Below are positions 47,897 through 57,005 of a stretch of DNA of 64,000 bases, piece by piece. How positions within the stretch are numbered: position 1 is the stretch's first letter; the number at the start of each line of letters is the position of its first letter. The DNA lies in contig DASSKB010000141.1 in NCBI GenBank assembly GCA_035690925.1, positions 663 through 64,662 on the forward strand, given 5' to 3'. The stretch comes from Longimicrobiaceae bacterium (lineage in GTDB: Bacteria; Gemmatimonadota; Gemmatimonadetes; Longimicrobiales; Longimicrobiaceae). The position numbers were made by a program, and so were the translations under genes. The notes under the pieces were generated by a model that saw only the letters and a program-made list of their open reading frames with translations, was not told the origin of the DNA and did no database searches.

Positions 47897-48724
47897 TCAG
47901 TCGGTGTTCGCGCCGCGCCCGAGCGCACTGGCGAGCCTGACGAACTGGTCGGGCGAGAAAGTTTCGGGCCGCTGGCGAAGGTCGAATCCGGTTGCCTCGG
48001 CGACATCTGCGACCTCATCGTGTGACATGCTGTAGGTATTGCGGAGAATTTTCTGGAATTGCTTTCGGCGCTGACCGAAAGCGGCGCGAGTCAGCGCCCT
48101 GAGGTCATGCTCCTGCTGGGTCGATAGTGGTGGGGGAACAAGGGGGATGATTCTCACGACTGCGGAATCCACGTCCGGAGCAGGGCGGAAGGCTGCGCGC
48201 CCGACATTCAGAACGCGCTCGACGCTCGCGACGCTTTGAACTCCTATGGCGAGAGCGCCGTACGTCTTACTGCCGGGAAGTGCGAGGATGCGATCAGCGA
48301 CCTCGCGCTGGACCATGAGAACTATGCGGCTGGGGCGTGGTTGGCGTTCGAGGAGGGAGAAGAGGATGGGGGTGGTGATGTTGTAGGGGATGTTACCCAC
48401 GACCTTCAGCCCGGCGGGCTCGTCGCTGAGAGCTTCGAGCTGAAGATCGAGGAAATCACCGTGCACCACCGCGACGTCCGCCCGATCTGCAAATCGCTTC
48501 TGGAGTCGGTCTGCGAGCGAATCGTCGAGTTCCACAAGGACGAGTCTTGCGACCGTTCCGACGAGATGGTCGGTAAGCGCGCCGAGACCGGGCCCAATCT
48601 CCAGAATCTCGTCGTCCGGAGACGGATCGAGAGCGGCAACGATCTTCCGCTGGAGATTGGGATCGATGAGAAAGTTCTGCCCCAGCGATTTTTTGGCGCG
48701 GTGTCGTTCCTGATGCTGGTTCAC
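47897..48724 (-). CDS. rsmA: 16S rRNA (adenine1518/1519-N6)-dimethyltransferase
   Basis: KKSLGQNFL, EIGPGLGALT, VGNIPYNITT. Start is GTG 48724, or ATG 48766 which would overlap the upstream gene by 32 nt. Confidence 0.9.
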   Translation of the reverse strand: MNQHQERHRAKKSLGQNFLIDPNLQRKIVAALDPSPDDEILEIGPGLGALTDHLVGTVARLVLVELDDSLADRLQKRFADRADVAVVHGDFLDLQLEALSDEPAGLKVVGNIPYNITTPILFSLLERQPRPSRIVLMVQREVADRILALPGSKTYGALAIGVQSVASVERVLNVGRAAFRPAPDVDSAVVRIIPLVPPPLSTQQEHDLRALTRAAFGQRRKQFQKILRNTYSMSHDEVADVAEATGFDLRQRPETFSPDQFVRLASALGRGANTD

Positions 48725-48734
48725 GTGAGAGGTC

Positions 48735-50306
48735 TCACGTCCGCACCAGCACGGCGGTGCGGTCATCGGACGGGATTTCTACGTCACCGATCGGAAGTTC
48801 GAAGAGGCTGGCCAGAATGTCCTCTGCAGGAAGGCTCTGGTGAGCCCTCAAGGAATTGAGGAGGATGGTTTCTCCGCCCGTTTCCCCGGCGCCGAATGGG
48901 TCACAGAGGCCATCCGTGAAGAGGAAGAGGATATCGCCGACCTCCCATAGCTCGACGTTCTCTCCGTACGCGTCCAGATCGACTATCCCGAATGGCGGAT
49001 TGGTGGTGCTCAGTCGGTGAGCCTCCCCGCTTGGCGCCACTCTGAACGCATGCGAGTGGCCGGCGTTGGCGTAGGTGAGGTTGCCGGCGGCGGGATCGAT
49101 AACCCCATAGAAAATGGTGAGGTACATCTCGGTAGTTTCCAGCTCGTCGATAAGAGTGCCGTGCGCCCTGCGTAGAACCTCTCCGGGCGGGTCGCCCTCG
49201 GATGCGTGTATGGCGACGGCGCTCATGGTGAGCGCCATGATCAGCGCGGCACCGAAGCCGTGGCTGGAAACGTCGCCGATCACCACCCCGAGACGTCCAC
49301 CGGGCAGCCGGAAAAGATGGTAGAAATCGCCACCTACCGATTCTGCTGGCACGCACCTGGCAGCCACCTCGGCGTAGCCCCTGAACTGCTCTACCGAAGG
49401 CAGGAGCTTCAGCTGGAGGTCGTGAGCGAGCTCCATCTCCCGGTCCACGCGCTCCTGGCGAAGACTCGCCACCAGGAGCCGGTTGTTCTCGACGGCAGCG
49501 CCGACCTGACTCGCTATGGCGGCTATGAGCTTCTGATCGCCGGCAGAGAATCCCGCGTCGGCCCCTCTTCCGACAAGATTGATCACACCTATAGTGCGGG
49601 TGGTGCCGCGCGGCGGGGTGTAGCTCATTGGCACCGACAGGAACGACCCTCGCGTGGTCAGGCCCTGTTCAGGACTGCCGCCGCCACCGCGCGGAAACTC
49701 GTCGCCGGGCTCCAGGATCATCGCCCTACGTTCCCTGAACACCTCCGCCGTAACCGACGTGGGGCTATCGACATCGATCGGCCCTTCCTGACCCTCTCCA
49801 CCCACCGCCGCAACGAGGTCGAGCCGGCGACTTTCCGCGTCGTAAACCCAGAGCGCTGCCCTGCTGGCGCCGAGGGTTCCCATCACTTCTGTCAGTATGG
49901 TCGACGCGGCCTCTTCGAGCGATATCACCGATCCGAGGATCTCGCTGATCGAGTAGAGGAGAGTGATCTCTTCGTATCGCTCGGCGAGCTCCCGACCGAA
50001 GAAGCGGACTTCCGCGTCGTGCCGGGTAAGCCGGGTAAGAACGGACGCCAGGAATCTCGTGGCGGCCGCGGGATCGTGGCATCCACCCACAACCTGAACG
50101 CGCATCTCCGCACCCAGAGCGCCACAATCTACGGCGTCTGGGCCAGGCTCCGGAGGAGCAGAGTCGCTCCCGGCGTCGGTGGCCGTCCACCCGTCGTCGG
50201 TGCTGAGCCAGAGATGGACTTCGCAGTCGTGCTCCCGACGGAAATCGTCGATGAGGTCACGCATACCAGGCGTGACTTCGGGAGAAGCCGTCAGTGAACG
50301 TGTCAT
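48735..50306 (-). CDS. GAF-domain PP2C/SpoIIE-family serine phosphatase (RsbU-like)
   Basis: Central GAF-like region, then PP2C motifs VGGDFYHLF, VVIGDVSSHGFGAALIM, LFLFTDGL. Confidence 0.85.
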   Translation of the reverse strand: MTRSLTASPEVTPGMRDLIDDFRREHDCEVHLWLSTDDGWTATDAGSDSAPPEPGPDAVDCGALGAEMRVQVVGGCHDPAAATRFLASVLTRLTRHDAEVRFFGRELAERYEEITLLYSISEILGSVISLEEAASTILTEVMGTLGASRAALWVYDAESRRLDLVAAVGGEGQEGPIDVDSPTSVTAEVFRERRAMILEPGDEFPRGGGGSPEQGLTTRGSFLSVPMSYTPPRGTTRTIGVINLVGRGADAGFSAGDQKLIAAIASQVGAAVENNRLLVASLRQERVDREMELAHDLQLKLLPSVEQFRGYAEVAARCVPAESVGGDFYHLFRLPGGRLGVVIGDVSSHGFGAALIMALTMSAVAIHASEGDPPGEVLRRAHGTLIDELETTEMYLTIFYGVIDPAAGNLTYANAGHSHAFRVAPSGEAHRLSTTNPPFGIVDLDAYGENVELWEVGDILFLFTDGLCDPFGAGETGGETILLNSLRAHQSLPAEDILASLFELPIGDVEIPSDDRTAVLVRT

Positions 50307-50313
50307 TTAGAGA

Positions 50314-50793
50314 TCACTCTCCCTGACCAGGCGACCCCGAGCCGTTGCTGTACAGAATAAGACAGATGACATTGCCGCGGTCGTTGAACTCGACCTCGTC
50401 CATGAGATGGCGAATGAGGAAGATCCCGCGCCCGCCAGGGCGAAGGAGATTGGCTGGTAGAGTGGGATCGGGGACCGCGTCCGGATCAAAGCCTTTGCCC
50501 TGGTCCTCGACCCGGACCGACAGGCGGGAACGATCGAGGCGGACATTGACCCTCACGTGCTTCGATGGATCCTTGCGGTTACCGTATAGAATCGCGTTCG
50601 CGAGCGCCTCCGTTACCCCGACCCGTAGATTGAGAGCGACGCGGGAATCATCGAGGCCGAGCGGCTTGCACCGCTCGACGATGTATGCCACAGCGGCCTC
50701 GATGACCCCGAGGTTACTCGGAAGCTCCAGCACGAACTCCGAGGTCTCGCCGCCGCCCTGCCCAGCGCGGAGAGATGCCCTCATCGAGCCCAT
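50314..50793 (-). CDS. Anti-sigma factor serine kinase (RsbW/SpoIIAB-like, HATPase_c)
   Basis: N-box EALANAILYGN and G-boxes EDQGKGFD / GGRGIFLIRHLMDEV. Confidence 0.8.
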   Translation of the reverse strand: MGSMRASLRAGQGGGETSEFVLELPSNLGVIEAAVAYIVERCKPLGLDDSRVALNLRVGVTEALANAILYGNRKDPSKHVRVNVRLDRSRLSVRVEDQGKGFDPDAVPDPTLPANLLRPGGRGIFLIRHLMDEVEFNDRGNVICLILYSNGSGSPGQGE

Positions 50794-50797
50794 ACTG

Positions 50798-51130
50798 TCA
50801 GAAGCTTTCCAGCGCTTCTCTCCGGGAGTCCGCGATGCTGAAGAGCGTGTCCAGCTTCGTAAGCTCGAAGAGCGTTCGGAGATCTTCGTTGAGGTTGGCC
50901 AGCCGCAGATCGCCGCCCTGCTCCCGAATCTTCTTGGAGAGGCTGACGAGCACGCCGAGCCCGGAGGAATCGATATATCCCGTATTCGTGAAGTCGATCA
51001 GGAACTTGCGTTCTCCCGCCTCCAACTCGTCCAGTACCTTCTGTTTGAGCTCCTGTCGATTCCCGACGATCAACTGCCCATCCACATCCACCACCGTGAC
51101 CCCATTTTCCTTCGTCGTCTGGAAACTCAT
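50798..51130 (-). CDS. STAS-domain anti-sigma-factor antagonist (RsbV/SpoIIAA-like)
   Basis: VVDVDGQLIVGNRQELKQKV, phosphorylatable Ser context YIDSSGLGVLVSL. Confidence 0.85.
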   Translation of the reverse strand: MSFQTTKENGVTVVDVDGQLIVGNRQELKQKVLDELEAGERKFLIDFTNTGYIDSSGLGVLVSLSKKIREQGGDLRLANLNEDLRTLFELTKLDTLFSIADSRREALESF

Positions 51131-51199
51131 GAATCCTCCGCTACAGGTTGAGAGTGTCTTATCAATGCCACCTGGTGGGGCAAGGCACGTGCCATATGG

Positions 51200-51239
51200 A
51201 GCTATCAGCTATCAGCTATCAGCTATCAGCTATCAGCTA
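51200..51239. repeat. Tandem heptanucleotide array (AGCTATC) x5.7
   Basis: Five perfect AGCTATC units (51200-51234) plus AGCTA. It lies between the pta stop (51249) and the STAS gene start (51130). A 10-bp palindrome ggcacgtgcc sits just upstream at 51184-51193. Confidence 0.95.
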
Positions 51240-51248
51240 CTGCATTCA

Positions 51249-52238
51249 TCACTGCGACATCAGGGAGGTGATGCAGGCGACGTTTACAATATCGTCGGAG
51301 GTGGCGCCGCGCGAGAGGTCGTTGTAGGGGCGGGCGAGGCCCTGGACGATGGGGCCGATGGCCCTGGCGCGAGCGAGGCGTTCGACGAGCTTGTACCCGA
51401 TGTTTGCCGCGGCGAGGTCCGGGAACACCAGGATGTTGGCGGTGCCGGCTACGGGCGACCCGGGTGCCTTTACGGCCGCGACTTCGCTGATGAGCGCCGC
51501 GTCGACCTGCAATTCGCCGTCGGCCGGAATCCCGGGCGCCCGCGCGCGAAAGATACGGAGGGCATCGATCATTTTCTCCGTCGCGGGCCCTACCGCGCTT
51601 CCCAGCGTGGAATAGGAGAGGAACGCAACGCGTGGCTCATCGCCGACGACGCTCCTTCGAGCCTCGCACGCGGCCATGGCGATCTCGGCGAGCTGAGTGC
51701 TGTCGGGGTCGGGAACAACGCCGGCGTCGGTGAAGATAAGAACTTCGGCGTCGCTTGTCCCCCGAAATGGCTCGACAACCATAAAGAAGGACGATGAGAC
51801 GGTCCGTATCCCCGGCGCGGGCCCGATCCCCCATAGTGCGGCTCTCAGGACGGCCGAGGTCGGGTTAGCCGCGCCTGCGACCGCACCGTCTGCCTGGCCG
51901 GTCGCGACCAACAGGGCGCCGAACAGGAGTGGGTCTTGAGCGTGCTGGAGCGCATCCTCCGCTGTCATCCCCCTGCCCTTGCGACGTTCATAAAGGCTCC
52001 GTGCAAGCACTTCAGCGCCGGGATCATTGCGAGGATCGACGACCTCTATGTCAACACCATCGCCTTCAGAATGCAGGGCGGACTTGACCTCCGGACCGCC
52101 GAGAACGACTGGAGATAGTAGCTGTTCGCGCGCGCAGAAGCGGACCGCGCTGACGGTGCGAGGGTCAGAACCTTCGGGGAAGACTACGCGCCTCGGCCTA
52201 TCTCGGGCTTCATCGCGTAATCGCGTGATGAATGTCAA
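51249..52238 (-). CDS. pta: Phosphate acetyltransferase (short PTA_PTB form)
   Basis: About 330-aa PTA_PTB family pattern: RVVFPEGSDPR, ANILVFPDL.AANIGYKL, GPI.QGL.RP.NDLSRG. Confidence 0.85.
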   Translation of the reverse strand: MTFITRLRDEARDRPRRVVFPEGSDPRTVSAVRFCAREQLLSPVVLGGPEVKSALHSEGDGVDIEVVDPRNDPGAEVLARSLYERRKGRGMTAEDALQHAQDPLLFGALLVATGQADGAVAGAANPTSAVLRAALWGIGPAPGIRTVSSSFFMVVEPFRGTSDAEVLIFTDAGVVPDPDSTQLAEIAMAACEARRSVVGDEPRVAFLSYSTLGSAVGPATEKMIDALRIFRARAPGIPADGELQVDAALISEVAAVKAPGSPVAGTANILVFPDLAAANIGYKLVERLARARAIGPIVQGLARPYNDLSRGATSDDIVNVACITSLMSQ

Positions 52239-52744
52239 TCGGGAGCTCCGCCGAACCGCGCCTGAATTCGCGCGAGGACCGGGTGCGATACGAAGCGGCT
52301 GATATCACCCCCGAGTGAACCGATTTCGCGGACCAGCGATGAGGAAAGAAAGGAGTGATCCGCGTCCGGCGCGAGGAAGACGGTTTCCAGATCCGGGTAA
52401 AGCGCCCGGTTCATCAGGGCCATCTGGAACTCGTACTCGAAGTCCGAAACCGCGCGCAGTCCGCGGATCACCATTCGAGCGCCGGATTCGCGTGCGTACT
52501 CCACCAGAAGACCCTCGAACTCGGTGGCCATTACACGGGGCTCATCAGCGAATACTTCGCTAATCATAGTGACCCGCTCTTCCACAGAGAACATTCCTTT
52601 TTTCGCTTGAGTGGAGCGGTGCGCAACAGCGACTATCACCCGATCACTGAAACGCAGCGCCCGGCGGATGATATCCTCGTGCCCGACCGTAATCGGGTCG
52701 AACGAGCCGGGGCAGATCGCGATATGTTCGGGGCGGTCGGTCAT
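52235..52744 (-). CDS. coaD: Phosphopantetheine adenylyltransferase
   Basis: IAICPGSFDPITVGHEDII (T/HxGH motif), ISSSLVRE. ATG 52744 forms an ATGA overlap with the rsmD stop. Confidence 0.95.
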   Translation of the reverse strand: MTDRPEHIAICPGSFDPITVGHEDIIRRALRFSDRVIVAVAHRSTQAKKGMFSVEERVTMISEVFADEPRVMATEFEGLLVEYARESGARMVIRGLRAVSDFEYEFQMALMNRALYPDLETVFLAPDADHSFLSSSLVREIGSLGGDISRFVSHPVLARIQARFGGAPD

Positions 52745-53268
52745 GGCTCGAGCTGTATGAAGGTGAGTACCGTGTCTCCGTATCGGCGACTCCGCAGGGC
52801 GGGGCGCTCGGGGAGCGGGTCGCGTCGGCCGTGCTCCACACACAATAGCCGCGCAAACCGCCGTTCAAAAAATATATCGGCCAGCTCCTTCGCCAACCCC
52901 TGCCCGTACGGTGGATCGGCCAGCACCAGATCGAACGCGTCCTCGTTCAGGCTGGAGACGAATCGCATCGCGTTCATCCGCACCACCGTTACTCGATCTC
53001 CCGCAGCCAGCGTCGCGATATTCTTACGTAGCGGCCGAAGCGCAGCCTGTGAGTTCTCTACGAACGTCACGTGGTCGGCGCCGCGCGAGAGCGCTTCCAG
53101 GCCCAGCGCGCCCGAGCCGGCGAAAAGGTCGAGAACACGAGCACCGGGGATCGCTGTCGCGATAGCGCTCATCCATGCTTCGCGTACCCGATCGGTAGTG
53201 GGGCGAGTAGCAGTCCCTTCCGGCGCGGCTATGGGACGGCCACCCCAGAGGCCGGCTATAATCCTCAT
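52741..53268 (-). CDS. rsmD: 16S rRNA (guanine966-N2)-methyltransferase
   Basis: MRIIAGLWGGRPI, RPTTDRVREA, LDLFAGSGALGLEALSRGA, ADPPY. ATG 53268 overlaps the recJ stop. Confidence 0.9.
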   Translation of the reverse strand: MRIIAGLWGGRPIAAPEGTATRPTTDRVREAWMSAIATAIPGARVLDLFAGSGALGLEALSRGADHVTFVENSQAALRPLRKNIATLAAGDRVTVVRMNAMRFVSSLNEDAFDLVLADPPYGQGLAKELADIFFERRFARLLCVEHGRRDPLPERPALRSRRYGDTVLTFIQLEP

Positions 53269-54995
53269 CGCGCGGGTGCGCGCAGATCTACGAGGCGAGC
53301 CTGCAGTCGATGTCGGCCGTTCCACTCGTTCTCCTCGAGCTTGAAAGCAACGTCCATCTGGCCGCTGGCGAGGTCCGGGTCGTCGATCCTTTCACCCATG
53401 CCGAACCCGATGGCGTCGAGCGAGTATCCACCGCTCTCCAGCCTCATCTTCAGGTGGTTCTTTCCCACGACCCTCCGCGCCGACGCGGTCACGTCACGGA
53501 CCGCGAAGACGGGAGTGGGATTGCCGATCCCGAACGGCGCCGCGTGACGGAGAAGCCGGCAATTCTCCTCGTTGGCCTCGTCCAACCGCACTTCAAGATC
53601 GATGCGGACCTCTGGGATGAGCATATCGTCGGTGAGCAGCGACTTTGCCTGTGCATTGAATGCGTCGCGAAAGCCGTCGATGTTCCGCGGATCGATGGAG
53701 CAGCCCGCAGCGGCACGATGGCCACCGAAACGAGTAAGATACTGTTTGCACTCGTGCATCGCGTCGTAGAGGTGGAAACCGCTTATCGATCGGCCACTCC
53801 CCTTCCCTTCGCCATTGCCGACGGCAATCATAACGGTTGGCCGATAGATCTGTTCGACGACCCGCGAAGCTACGATCCCGATCACCCCTGGATGCCATCC
53901 TTCCGCGGCGAGCACCACTCCGCGGTCCCTGTCGGGATCGAACTCCAGCTCCACCTGCTTCATGGCGTCGCGAAGGGTCTCCGTATCGACTGCGCGCCGC
54001 CATTTATTCTCATCCTCCAGCACCGCTGCGATCTGGCCCGCCTCGCGGTCGTCGTCGGTCAGCAGAAGCTGTACACCGCGAGCCGCGTCGCCCATGCGGC
54101 CAACGGCATTCAGGCGCGGAGCCAGGACGAAACCGACCTGGCCGGCCGAGATCTCCGGCTTATCGGCCAGACCCGTTGTCCGCAGGAGCGCGCGGAGACC
54201 CGGATTCGGTGTCCGGGCGAGCACCTTCAACCCCCAGCGTACCAGGACGCGATTCTCCGCGGTCAATGGAGCGAGGTCCGCCACCGTCGCAAGTGCGACC
54301 AGATCGAGGTAGCAGGCAATCCTGTCCGCGCCGAATCCCAGCTCCGTAGCCAGAGCGCAGCACAACTTGTACGCGACTCCGACACCGGCGAGCCCCTTAT
54401 TGGGATAGCGGCAATCCGGCCGATTAGGGTTCACCACGGCTACCGCGGAGGGCAGTGTGGCGCCGGGGGTGTGGTGGTCGGTCACTATAACATCGACCCC
54501 CGCGGCGCGAGCCATATCGACCGCATCGTGTGCGACTATTCCGCAGTCGCCGGTAAGTATCAACGACGCCCCGACCGTGGCCGCGGCTCTAATGCCTGCC
54601 TCCGAAAGATCGTATCCGTCGATCAGGCGGTTAGGCACGAACGGGTGTGCCCGCGCTCCAAAGCTACGCAATACCCGAACGTACAGCGCGGTGGCGCAGA
54701 TACCGTCCACGTCATAATCGCCGTGGACGAGGATCGTCTCACGAGCATCGATGGCAGCGCGCAAACGCGACACGGCGTCTGCAATGCCAGCCAGCAAAGC
54801 GGGCGAATGTATCTGGTCGGGATGGGGACGGAGGAACGATCTGGCGGCTTCGGATCTGGCGTGTCCACGTTGCACGAGGAGGCGGCAAAGCGCGGCCGGA
54901 AGGCGAAGCTCGCTCTGAAGTCTCTCTATAGCCGCGGTATCGACACTGTCCGGCAAGACCCAGCGCCGCTCGGTCGGGCGCGAAAGGGCTCTCAC
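53265..54995 (-). CDS. recJ: Single-stranded-DNA-specific exonuclease RecJ
   Basis: DHH motifs HGDYDVDG, LILTGDCG, IVTDHH. DHHA1 motif GGHRAAAG. Confidence 0.95.
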   Translation of the reverse strand: MRALSRPTERRWVLPDSVDTAAIERLQSELRLPAALCRLLVQRGHARSEAARSFLRPHPDQIHSPALLAGIADAVSRLRAAIDARETILVHGDYDVDGICATALYVRVLRSFGARAHPFVPNRLIDGYDLSEAGIRAAATVGASLILTGDCGIVAHDAVDMARAAGVDVIVTDHHTPGATLPSAVAVVNPNRPDCRYPNKGLAGVGVAYKLCCALATELGFGADRIACYLDLVALATVADLAPLTAENRVLVRWGLKVLARTPNPGLRALLRTTGLADKPEISAGQVGFVLAPRLNAVGRMGDAARGVQLLLTDDDREAGQIAAVLEDENKWRRAVDTETLRDAMKQVELEFDPDRDRGVVLAAEGWHPGVIGIVASRVVEQIYRPTVMIAVGNGEGKGSGRSISGFHLYDAMHECKQYLTRFGGHRAAAGCSIDPRNIDGFRDAFNAQAKSLLTDDMLIPEVRIDLEVRLDEANEENCRLLRHAAPFGIGNPTPVFAVRDVTASARRVVGKNHLKMRLESGGYSLDAIGFGMGERIDDPDLASGQMDVAFKLEENEWNGRHRLQARLVDLRAPAR

Positions 54996-54996
54996 G

Positions 54997-56424
54997 TCAG
55001 TCGGGATGCTCGACGGGCAGTCCAGCGGCGACCCACTTCGAGTACCCGCCGGTGAGGTTGGCGACGTCTGTCCACCCGCGCGAGCGCAGTAGGCTGGCGG
55101 CTATAGCGGATCGCCCGCCACCCTGGCACTGCAGTACCACGGGCCTGTCACGAGGAATATCGTCCAGATTATCAGCGATCAGCCCGACGGGCACATTCTC
55201 CACGCCGGGAAGATGACCGGCCTCCCATTCCGCTCTACCACGCACGTCCAGCACCGCCACGTCACCGGTGCGCAGTCGTTCCTCGAGCTCCGTCACCGTC
55301 ATCTGCGGCACCGTCTCGAGGGTCCGCTGTCCGTCAGCCCACCCGCTGATCACCGACTCTGTGAAGTAACCGGTGACGCGATCCAGCCCGATACGAGTCA
55401 GGGCGGCCGCAGCCTCGTCCACGCGGCCATCGCCATCGCCCACTATCAGGTAAAATGATCTATCGTACGGTATAAGCCACCCCGCCCACGTAGAAAACGA
55501 CTTATTCAGCGGGATGTTGATGGTGCCCGGCACATGACCGGCCGCGAAGGCGGCGGCCGGACGGGTGTCGATAACCAGCTCTCTTGCCGTCAGCAGGTTT
55601 GCGAGTTGATCGTCCTCGATATGCGGGGGCCGGACTGTTTCACCCAGAATAGGCGGGCCGTCTCGATTGATGCGCTTCATCTCCGCAAAGTACGCTGGCG
55701 GCTCGGGCTGCCCGGCGAGTACTGCCGAAACGAACGCATCCTCGTCAGTCTCGCGAACGGCCCAGTTGAACCGCTTCTCATAGCCGACAGTGCTGTGGGG
55801 AACCGCGCTCATCGCCTTTCCGCAGGCCGATCCCTGCCCATGCCCTGGCCAGACCTGCACGAAGTCCGGCAGATCACGGAAGCTGTCGAGACTCCGGAAC
55901 AGCGTGCGCGCCGCCGATTCCATCGTCCCTTCCAACTTCGCCGCGCGTTCGAGCAGGTCTGGCCGTCCGACATCCCCAACGAAAACGAAATCACCAGTCA
56001 GAATGCCTATCGGCTCGTCCCCGACCGCCGTGTCAGTGATAAGAAAGCTCAGGTGCTCGGGAGTGTGACCGGGCGTGTGCAGGACCTCGATACGAACGCT
56101 GCCAACAGCGAACACGTCTCCGTGATGAAGCAGCGTTGCCCCTGCCTCGGCGGCGTAACCGTATTGCCAGTCGTCGCCACCCTCTGCCGAGAGCAGGAGC
56201 TCGGCGCCGGTGCGCGCCGCCAGCTCTCGAGCGCCCGAGACGAAATCCGCGTGAATGTGGGTCTCCGCTACATGCGTCACCTTTACGCCCTCGGCGGAAG
56301 CCGCGCTGATGTAGGCCTCGATACCACGATTCGGGTCGACAACTATGGCCTCACCACTCGCCGCGCAGCCTATCAGATAGCTCGCCTGTGCGAGGGATTC
56401 GTCGTAGATCCGTTTTAATAGCAT
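54997..56424 (-). CDS. MBL-fold hydrolase fused to two rhodanese-like domains (persulfide dioxygenase-sulfurtransferase type)
   Basis: ETHIHADFVSG (HxHxDH), HTPGHTPEH. The first rhodanese-like region has no obvious Cys loop; the terminal rhodanese has the active-site loop LQCQGGGRS. Confidence 0.85.
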   Translation of the reverse strand: MLLKRIYDESLAQASYLIGCAASGEAIVVDPNRGIEAYISAASAEGVKVTHVAETHIHADFVSGARELAARTGAELLLSAEGGDDWQYGYAAEAGATLLHHGDVFAVGSVRIEVLHTPGHTPEHLSFLITDTAVGDEPIGILTGDFVFVGDVGRPDLLERAAKLEGTMESAARTLFRSLDSFRDLPDFVQVWPGHGQGSACGKAMSAVPHSTVGYEKRFNWAVRETDEDAFVSAVLAGQPEPPAYFAEMKRINRDGPPILGETVRPPHIEDDQLANLLTARELVIDTRPAAAFAAGHVPGTINIPLNKSFSTWAGWLIPYDRSFYLIVGDGDGRVDEAAAALTRIGLDRVTGYFTESVISGWADGQRTLETVPQMTVTELEERLRTGDVAVLDVRGRAEWEAGHLPGVENVPVGLIADNLDDIPRDRPVVLQCQGGGRSAIAASLLRSRGWTDVANLTGGYSKWVAAGLPVEHPD

Positions 56425-56429
56425 CGGGA

Positions 56430-57005
56430 TCAGCGATTATAGGATACGCCGAGCTCTATCGCCCAGTATGAGATCTCGTTCTCGCTCTCGAACTGATCGA
56501 AGTCGGGCGACAGGTGGCGGTACCGAACCCCTGGGGTGATGGAGATCAGTGGCGATATCTGGAAAGCCAGGCCACCGCCGACCTCGTAACCGAGAGAACT
56601 GTCCGATGTGAAGGTCGTGGACCCGTTCTCTTCTATGAGCTTCAGCTCGACCTCATCGTACAGCAAGCCGGCTCGCAGCCACGGTACTATCGCTCCCAGA
56701 AGAGCCGGCCTGAACTCGGCGCCGAGCGTGTAGCCGAGATCTACTACGTCTGCATCCTGGTCTTCGACTCCGGGCACGGTCGGAAGCGCGAGCCCGAAGG
56801 TGTATCGGTTGTACGCGCCGTAGATCGAGAGCAGAGGCGCAACCTCGAATCCAACGCCCAGGCTCAGACCGTAGCCCGTCTCGAGCTCACCGCCGACAAC
56901 ACTCCCCGATGGCAGCCCGACTCCACCGCGAGCCTCTATCTGGGCATCAGCCGGAGTAGCCGGTAGGAGTACAGCCAGCGCCAGGAACCAAAACAGCTTC
57001 CGCAT
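56430..57005 (-). CDS. Small outer-membrane beta-barrel protein (OmpW/OmpA-barrel-like)
   Basis: Signal peptide MRKLFWFLALAVLLPATPADAQ (ATG 57005), alternating amphipathic strands, C-terminal ...WAIELGVSYNR. Confidence 0.65.
   Translation of the reverse strand: MRKLFWFLALAVLLPATPADAQIEARGGVGLPSGSVVGGELETGYGLSLGVGFEVAPLLSIYGAYNRYTFGLALPTVPGVEDQDADVVDLGYTLGAEFRPALLGAIVPWLRAGLLYDEVELKLIEENGSTTFTSDSSLGYEVGGGLAFQISPLISITPGVRYRHLSPDFDQFESENEISYWAIELGVSYNR

Noticed and set aside
53310-55055. Very long ORFs antisense to, or in alternate frames of, recognised genes. Examples: 53310-55055 + (581 aa) opposite recJ; 49206-50297 + opposite the PP2C gene; 50345-51151 + and 50775-51797 + opposite the partner-switching and pta genes; 28508-29302 + opposite fbp; 1495-2397 - and 2121-2765 + within glmS; 41469-42203 - within the CPBP gene.
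   Set aside because: Their translations are Arg/Gly/Pro/Ala-rich with no motifs, as expected for stop-poor off-frames in high-GC DNA. In every case the other frame or strand encodes a protein with clear family signatures.
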